A program made the translations under genes and the position numbers. DNA of 24,000 nucleotides from Candidatus Poriferisocius aerobius (GTDB lineage: Bacteria > Actinomycetota > Acidimicrobiia > Acidimicrobiales > Bin134), in contig JAPYOC010000184.1 of the NCBI GenBank assembly GCA_028278955.1, positions 6,683 through 30,682 on the forward strand, written 5' to 3'. Of the stretch, positions 16,592 to 21,338 are shown in pieces. Position 1 is the first letter of the stretch. Each line of letters starts with the position of its first letter. The notes under the pieces are model-generated. The model was not told the DNA's origin. It made no database searches and worked only from the letters and a program-made list of their open reading frames with translations.

Positions 16592-18163
16592 CTAGCCGGT
16601 GTTTTCGCCTGCTGAGGCTTCCGCCAGAGCCTCAGATGCGCTTTTCAGCACCTCATTGGCGGCCTCGGCCTCGGCGACTGCTTCTTTCATGTCGGTGAGA
16701 GCCTGATCGGCCCGGCGCTTGGCCTTGTTCTGTGCTTTCTTGGCTTTCGCTGCTTCGGCCTCTCGTTCAGCCAGCGTGGCCGCGGTGCGGTCAACTGCGG
16801 CCGATGCCTTGTCGACGCGTTCTTGTGCTTTTGGTCCTTTGCCCACCGCGTTCGCAGCACGACGGTTGAACCTCTTGACGGCAGCCTGATGTGCTTTGTC
16901 AGCTTTGTCGCGTTTGTCGCTGGCCGCTTCGTAGGCGCGGTGGGCTTTCTGATAGCGCTCGACGAGCCGGGTGGCTTGAGCCTTCTTCTGCTCTGCCCGC
17001 TCATGTGCCGCTATGCCGTCCTGCACGGCTTGTTCGAGCCTGGCGAGAGCCGCAGCTTGGTCTGTTCCTGTGTCTGAGGGGTTCTCGTCGATATCGCCGC
17101 CGGTCTCGGTTGGGCCGTTCGGCAGTGTGCCTTCTGGCTCGGGCACTGGGTCTGGCTCGGGCGCTTTTACGCTGAACTCGGCAGCCAGAACTGTCATCGA
17201 CTCGTGGTAGCCGCCGTAATGCACGCCGTTTACGGCGGCGTGGCCCTTGATTTTCGGACGATTAAGGGCTAGAAGTCCCTGCTGTTGGTCTCCGGCTGGC
17301 ACGGTGAGGCAGTAGGTTGCCGCCGGGTAGCTGCCCCGTTTGCTCTCCCCGCTGGGCAGATAGCCGAAGATCACGCCCTGCTCAACGATGAGAACTCCGT
17401 TGGCGGTCTCGCCCTCAGAAGGCACAACACTTGGTTCATACGAGTCGACGGCAGCGGCGGCAAGGTCTGTGCTGCCCGCGTTGTGCGCCGTGAGTTCAAG
17501 CTGCACTTGGTGCGTAGCGCTGGGTGCAGCCCGGCGACAAGCAGACGTCAGCTCCACTTCGGCAACCGACGCGGTCACAGAGATGTTCTCCACGACAGGA
17601 TCTTTGGAGGGTGCGATATGGAAGGTGCCGCTCAGGGTGGGAACTTTATAGGTATTTTCTATCTTTACTGACCCATGTTCGTTCATGCCATATTCGGTCA
17701 TGTGGAGCTGGGCCTTGTCCATCGACCAGCTCGCAAGCCCGCCGGTCACCCCGCCCGGGCGAATGCTGATGTGCGCCACGCCGTCTGCGTAAGCGCTGTT
17801 CCAGCTTGACGACCTGAGATACCAGCTATAGCTCGCCCCGGTGGACATGCCCTTCGCCGCGCCGCCTAAAGAAGGCCATCCGCCGGGAATGAATCGCAGG
17901 CTGGGCAGGTCGAACCCGCGGACATCGATTCGCAGCCTGAGGCGCGACCCCGGAGTGAACGGATGCGACTCGGAGCCGTCCTGTGTCGCATCGCTCGGGT
18001 TGACCCATTGAGCAACAACGGTCAAGTCGCGGTAGCCGGCCCTGAACGCGGCGCTACCCTCAACCTGCGTACTAGCAGCGGCAGCGCTCGGCGCAGCCCA
18101 CAAGCTGGCGATCAAAAGCACCGCCAGCAATGCACCCAGCAAAGAACGAACTCGAAAAACCAT
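16592..18163 (-). CDS. Secreted protein of unknown function (signal peptide + beta-rich domain + acidic Pro-rich linker + long Lys/Ala-rich helical tail)
   Basis: I chose the ATG at 18161-18163 because it places MVFRVRSLLGALLAVLLIASLWAAPSAAAAS (a classic signal peptide with an AxA site) at the N-terminus. An in-frame ATG at 18265 would add 34 residues. About 330 aa have no recognised motif. Then comes PEPDPVPEPEGTLPNGPTETGGDIDENPSDTGTD, then about 150 aa of predicted helix (AHERAEQKKAQATRLVERYQKAHRAYEAASDKRDKADKAHQAAVKRF...EAEAAKAKKAQNKAKRRADQAL...). No LPXTG motif or C-terminal TM segment. The DNA is markedly AT-richer than the flanks. Confidence 0.8.
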   Translation of the reverse strand: MVFRVRSLLGALLAVLLIASLWAAPSAAAASTQVEGSAAFRAGYRDLTVVAQWVNPSDATQDGSESHPFTPGSRLRLRIDVRGFDLPSLRFIPGGWPSLGGAAKGMSTGASYSWYLRSSSWNSAYADGVAHISIRPGGVTGGLASWSMDKAQLHMTEYGMNEHGSVKIENTYKVPTLSGTFHIAPSKDPVVENISVTASVAEVELTSACRRAAPSATHQVQLELTAHNAGSTDLAAAAVDSYEPSVVPSEGETANGVLIVEQGVIFGYLPSGESKRGSYPAATYCLTVPAGDQQQGLLALNRPKIKGHAAVNGVHYGGYHESMTVLAAEFSVKAPEPDPVPEPEGTLPNGPTETGGDIDENPSDTGTDQAAALARLEQAVQDGIAAHERAEQKKAQATRLVERYQKAHRAYEAASDKRDKADKAHQAAVKRFNRRAANAVGKGPKAQERVDKASAAVDRTAATLAEREAEAAKAKKAQNKAKRRADQALTDMKEAVAEAEAANEVLKSASEALAEASAGENTG

Positions 18164-18295
18164 TTGCTTACCTTTTTTAGAACTCACCTCAGTAAGACTA
18201 GCATTTTCTCGGGGGAGGAGGGCAATGTTCTCCTGTGACAGGCCAACCAGCCATTCTTTTGCCATGGCATCACGGTTGACCTCCTCAGCGGGGCA

Positions 18296-18988
18296 TTGCC
18301 CGTGCTGACCCGCAAGCTGGTGGCCGAGGGTGTGGGCACGGCGCTCTTGCTGATCGGCGTGGTGGGCTCGGGGATCATGGCCGAGCGGCTGTCTCCCTCC
18401 GATGCGGGGTTACAGCTTTTTCAGAACGCGGCCGCCACCGCCGGCGTGCTGTACGCCGTCATCTTGATGTTCGGCCCGGTGTCGGGGGCCCACTTCAACC
18501 CGGCAGTGACGCTGGCCGACTGGGCGCTGGAGGGCTTCCCCCGCCGCCACATCGCCCCCTACATCGTAGCCCAGGTGGCCGGAGCAGTGGCCGGGGCGGT
18601 GCTGGCCAACCTGATGTTCGACCTCGACGCGGTGGACTGGTCCTCAAAAGACCGCTCGGCCGGGCATCTGTGGCTGGGCGAGGTGATCGCCACCGCGGGG
18701 CTGGTGGCTCTGATCTTCGCGCTGGTACGCACCGGACGGTACCGGTACGCGGCCGGAGGGGTGGCGGCCTACATCGGCGGGGCCTACTACTTCACCTCTT
18801 CCACCAGCTTCGCCAACCCGGCCGTGACCGTGGGGCGCATGTTCTCCGACAGCTTCGCCGGTATCGAGCCGTCGTCGGCGCCCATGTTCATTGTCATGCA
18901 GATTGCGGGGCTGGTGGCTGCGGTGGCGCTGATCCGGTTTATGTACCCCACGGGGCGGGAACGGGAAGGAGCTTCGGGCGAAAGATAA
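18296..18988 (+). CDS. MIP-family channel (aquaporin/aquaglyceroporin-like)
   Basis: Two NPA boxes: SGAHFNPAVTLA (nt 18497-18505) and SFANPAVTVGR (nt 18815-18823). Six hydrophobic segments. The start is TTG 18296 or GTG 18302 (same frame); neither has a good SD. Confidence 0.9.
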   Translation: MPVLTRKLVAEGVGTALLLIGVVGSGIMAERLSPSDAGLQLFQNAAATAGVLYAVILMFGPVSGAHFNPAVTLADWALEGFPRRHIAPYIVAQVAGAVAGAVLANLMFDLDAVDWSSKDRSAGHLWLGEVIATAGLVALIFALVRTGRYRYAAGGVAAYIGGAYYFTSSTSFANPAVTVGRMFSDSFAGIEPSSAPMFIVMQIAGLVAAVALIRFMYPTGREREGASGER

Positions 18989-18997
18989 TCTCGGCTT

Positions 18998-19873
18998 GTG
19001 GAGATAGCGCTCGACGGCCCGGTGCTGGCCGTGGATATCGGCGGCACCAAGGTGGCCGTCGGCGTCGTTGCCCCCGACGGGCGAGTGCTCTGCCAACGGC
19101 GGGGGCCGTCTCAGGCCGCTGACGAAGAAGCGCTGTTCGCCCTGGTTGTGGATCTGGCCCAGGCAGCCCTCGAAGATCACGGGCAGCCGGTAGCGGGCTG
19201 CGGCGTGGGCAGCGGCGGGCCGTCCCGGGACAACCACCGGCTGCTGTCGCCCCTCAACATCGCCGTGTGGCGAGACTTTCCCCTTCGAGACCGCCTGTCT
19301 GACGCCCTCGGACTGCCGGTGGCGGTGGACAACGACGCCAAAGCCCTGGCACTGGCCGAGGGCTGGGTGGGCGGCGCCGTCGGAGAGGAGAACTACCTGG
19401 CCATGGTGGTATCCACCGGGATCGGCGGTGGCATCGTGTTGAACGGGCGACTGCTCGACGGCGCTGACGGCAACGCCGGCCATATCGGCCACGTCTTCGT
19501 TATGGAGGGCGGACGGGCCGATGCCGCCGGGGCGGTGGGGCTGTTGGAGGGCCAGGCCTCGGGCACCGCCATCGCCGACCTGCTGGACGGCGCCGCCCCT
19601 GCTGATGCGCCGTTGGAGATGCGCCGTCGAGCGGGCACGTTGGTGGGCCGGGGAGTCGGCTCGGTGGCCAACCTGCTGGATGTGCGCCTGGCCGTGGCCG
19701 GCGGATCAGTGGCCCTGGGCTACGGTGGCGATTTCTTTGATGCTGCCCAAGCCGAGATCGACCGCATCTGCCGTCTAGCCCACTCGCGGGGCGCCCGAAT
19801 CATCCCCAGCCCCCTGGGTGCTGACGGCGGTCTCATCGGCGCCGCCGCCGTGGCCGGCCGGACACTGAGCTGA
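18998..19873 (+). CDS. ROK-family protein (putative sugar kinase), zinc-motif-less variant
   Basis: LAVDIGGTKVAVGVV (ATP-binding DxGxT), VDNDAKALALAEGW, VSTGIGGGIVLNGRLLDGADGNAGHIGH. The GTG start lies 9 nt after the MIP stop, indicating an operon. No N-terminal HTH domain, so it is kinase-type rather than repressor-type. Confidence 0.85.
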   Translation: MEIALDGPVLAVDIGGTKVAVGVVAPDGRVLCQRRGPSQAADEEALFALVVDLAQAALEDHGQPVAGCGVGSGGPSRDNHRLLSPLNIAVWRDFPLRDRLSDALGLPVAVDNDAKALALAEGWVGGAVGEENYLAMVVSTGIGGGIVLNGRLLDGADGNAGHIGHVFVMEGGRADAAGAVGLLEGQASGTAIADLLDGAAPADAPLEMRRRAGTLVGRGVGSVANLLDVRLAVAGGSVALGYGGDFFDAAQAEIDRICRLAHSRGARIIPSPLGADGGLIGAAAVAGRTLS

Positions 19874-19888
19874 GCTCTCCATCGGGGG

Positions 19889-21178
19889 TTAGCCCGCTCG
19901 CTTCGACCACAGGCAGTTCAAAGGGCGCAGGTAGAGGCGGTCGCCGATCTTGCCGTGCTGGTCGCCGGTGTGGAGCAGGATGCCGGCTCGGTAGCGGCCG
20001 GGGGCGACGACATCCAGTTTGTCTCGCAGCCAGGCAAGGTGGTTGAGCTGGGCCCGGCTGGGGGAGCGGGTGGCTTTGATCTCCACCGCGACCACGTCGC
20101 CGTTGGGGGCTTCGAGCACGAGGTCCACCTCGCGGCCCTGGTTGTCGCGGTAGTGCGAGAGGGTCAAGTCGTGCTCTGTGGCGGAGAGCTGACGGGCGAT
20201 CTCGTTCACGGCAAAGGTCTCGAGGAGCGGTCCGGCTGCCGGAGAGGTTGGCGGCATGAGGCCATCAGCGTCAAGCCCCAGGAGGCTGGCAGCGAGGCCG
20301 CTGTCGGTTATGTGGAACTTAGCCCGGCGCAGCGGCCGGGAGGGCAGGTTCCGTGACCAAGCCGGGAGTTCATGGACCAAGAACACTGTCTGCAGCCACT
20401 CGAAGTAGGAGCTGACTACCGGGCGGCTCACCTCCAGCTTTCTCGCAGCGTCTGACAGGTTGACGTGGCTGCTGGTGAGCCCGGCGGTCCAGCGCAGAAG
20501 CGCAGGTAGCGCCGCGGCTTTGCGAATGTCGACGAGCGAGGCGATGTCGCGCTGGGTAACCGTTTCGACGTAGCTGCGGAACCAGCTCCTTCTCCGATGG
20601 GGGGCTAGGCCCACGACCTCCGGGTAGCCGCCTCGGCAAACGAGTTCAAGGTACTCGCTTCGGACCATACCGTCAGCGGGGGGCAGCCGATGTTGGCCGT
20701 CGAACCAGCTCATGATCTCGTTGGGTTGCGAACCGGCCAATTCTGCTTCTGACAGCGGCCACAACCGGAAAATCTGAACCCGTCCCGCCAACGACTCGCT
20801 GATAGATGGAACGGTCAGGAAGTTTGTGGACCCGGTGAGCAGGAACCGGCCTGGTGTCGGCTCGGCGTCCACGAGCTGCTTCACTGCCCGGATGAGCCTG
20901 TTTCCGCCCAGCTGGGCTTCATCCACGACGAGGGGGTGGCGCTGGTTGTCCAGGTAGCTGACCGGGTCGGCTTCGGCCAGCTCTCGCTGCGCCTCATCGT
21001 CCAGGGAGACATAGGTTCCCCCCCGGTTTTCGGCGATTGCCTGGGCCAGGGTCGTTTTGCCGCACTGACGGGCCCCGTGCAGCAACACCACTCGGGACCA
21101 CTCCAAGGCGTCTTGCACTTGGGGCTGAATGTGCCGCCTGACGAACTCCACGCCCTGACTCCAATTGCTGATTGACAA
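19889..21178 (-). CDS. AAA_14/DUF4143-type ATPase with C-terminal PD-(D/E)xK-like segment (COG1373-like)
   Basis: Walker A LLHGARQCGKTTLA and Walker B PLVVDEAQ. The central region is typical of DUF4143 proteins (FRSYVETVTQRDI...LLRWTAGLTSSHVNLSDAARKLEVSRPVVSSYFEWLQ). The C-terminal GREVDLVLEAPNGDVVAVEIKAT resembles a D...E-x-K restriction-endonuclease-fold core. The TTG start lies inside the first of three 12-bp repeats. Confidence 0.85.
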   Translation of the reverse strand: MSISNWSQGVEFVRRHIQPQVQDALEWSRVVLLHGARQCGKTTLAQAIAENRGGTYVSLDDEAQRELAEADPVSYLDNQRHPLVVDEAQLGGNRLIRAVKQLVDAEPTPGRFLLTGSTNFLTVPSISESLAGRVQIFRLWPLSEAELAGSQPNEIMSWFDGQHRLPPADGMVRSEYLELVCRGGYPEVVGLAPHRRRSWFRSYVETVTQRDIASLVDIRKAAALPALLRWTAGLTSSHVNLSDAARKLEVSRPVVSSYFEWLQTVFLVHELPAWSRNLPSRPLRRAKFHITDSGLAASLLGLDADGLMPPTSPAAGPLLETFAVNEIARQLSATEHDLTLSHYRDNQGREVDLVLEAPNGDVVAVEIKATRSPSRAQLNHLAWLRDKLDVVAPGRYRAGILLHTGDQHGKIGDRLYLRPLNCLWSKRAG

Positions 21179-21225
21179 ACTGCATGCTATCTAATTTACA
21201 AAACGCAGTACCACTAATTGACAAA
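21168..21225. repeat. Three phased 12-bp direct repeats (23-bp period) at the 5' end of, and upstream of, the AAA_14/DUF4143 gene
   Basis: Plus strand: CTGATTGACAAA (21168-21179), CTAATTTACAAA (21191-21202), CTAATTGACAAA (21214-21225). Each copy has one mismatch to R3, the spacers are exactly 11 nt, and start-to-start spacing is 23 nt twice. On the coding (minus) strand the unit reads TTTGT(C/A)AAT(T/C)AG. The proximal copy contains the TTG start codon. The surrounding 60 nt (21181-21240) has 26/60 G+C by hand count. Confidence 0.85.
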
Positions 21226-21338
21226 TCGTCGGCCCTTCGCCAGCAGCCACGAAGCAGAGTTCGGCGTGCCTAAAGAACCCGAGTCGTGAACCCCTTTGCA
21301 CACCTTCCGGATTCCTTGGCTTGACCTGCTACACACCG

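Noticed and set aside
18164-18265. The ATG at 18265 as the start of the secreted-protein gene (MAKEWLVGLSQENIALLPRENASLTEVSSKKGKQ...).
   Set aside because: It would bury an otherwise perfect signal peptide 34 residues inside the protein. The strong GAGGAGG box is 14 nt from this ATG, which is too far, but 6 nt from a GTG in another frame. I kept it only as an alternative (a signal-anchor topology cannot be excluded).
21172-21223. Perfect TTGACA hexamers (21172-21177, 21218-21223) and TTTACA (21195-21200) on the plus strand, considered as -35 promoter boxes.
   Set aside because: No TANNNT -10 element lies 16-18 nt downstream of any of them; the only TAATTT is 14 nt away. There is no plus-strand gene downstream, only the 3' end of a minus-strand gene. 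They are better explained as part of the 12-bp repeat unit read on the other strand.
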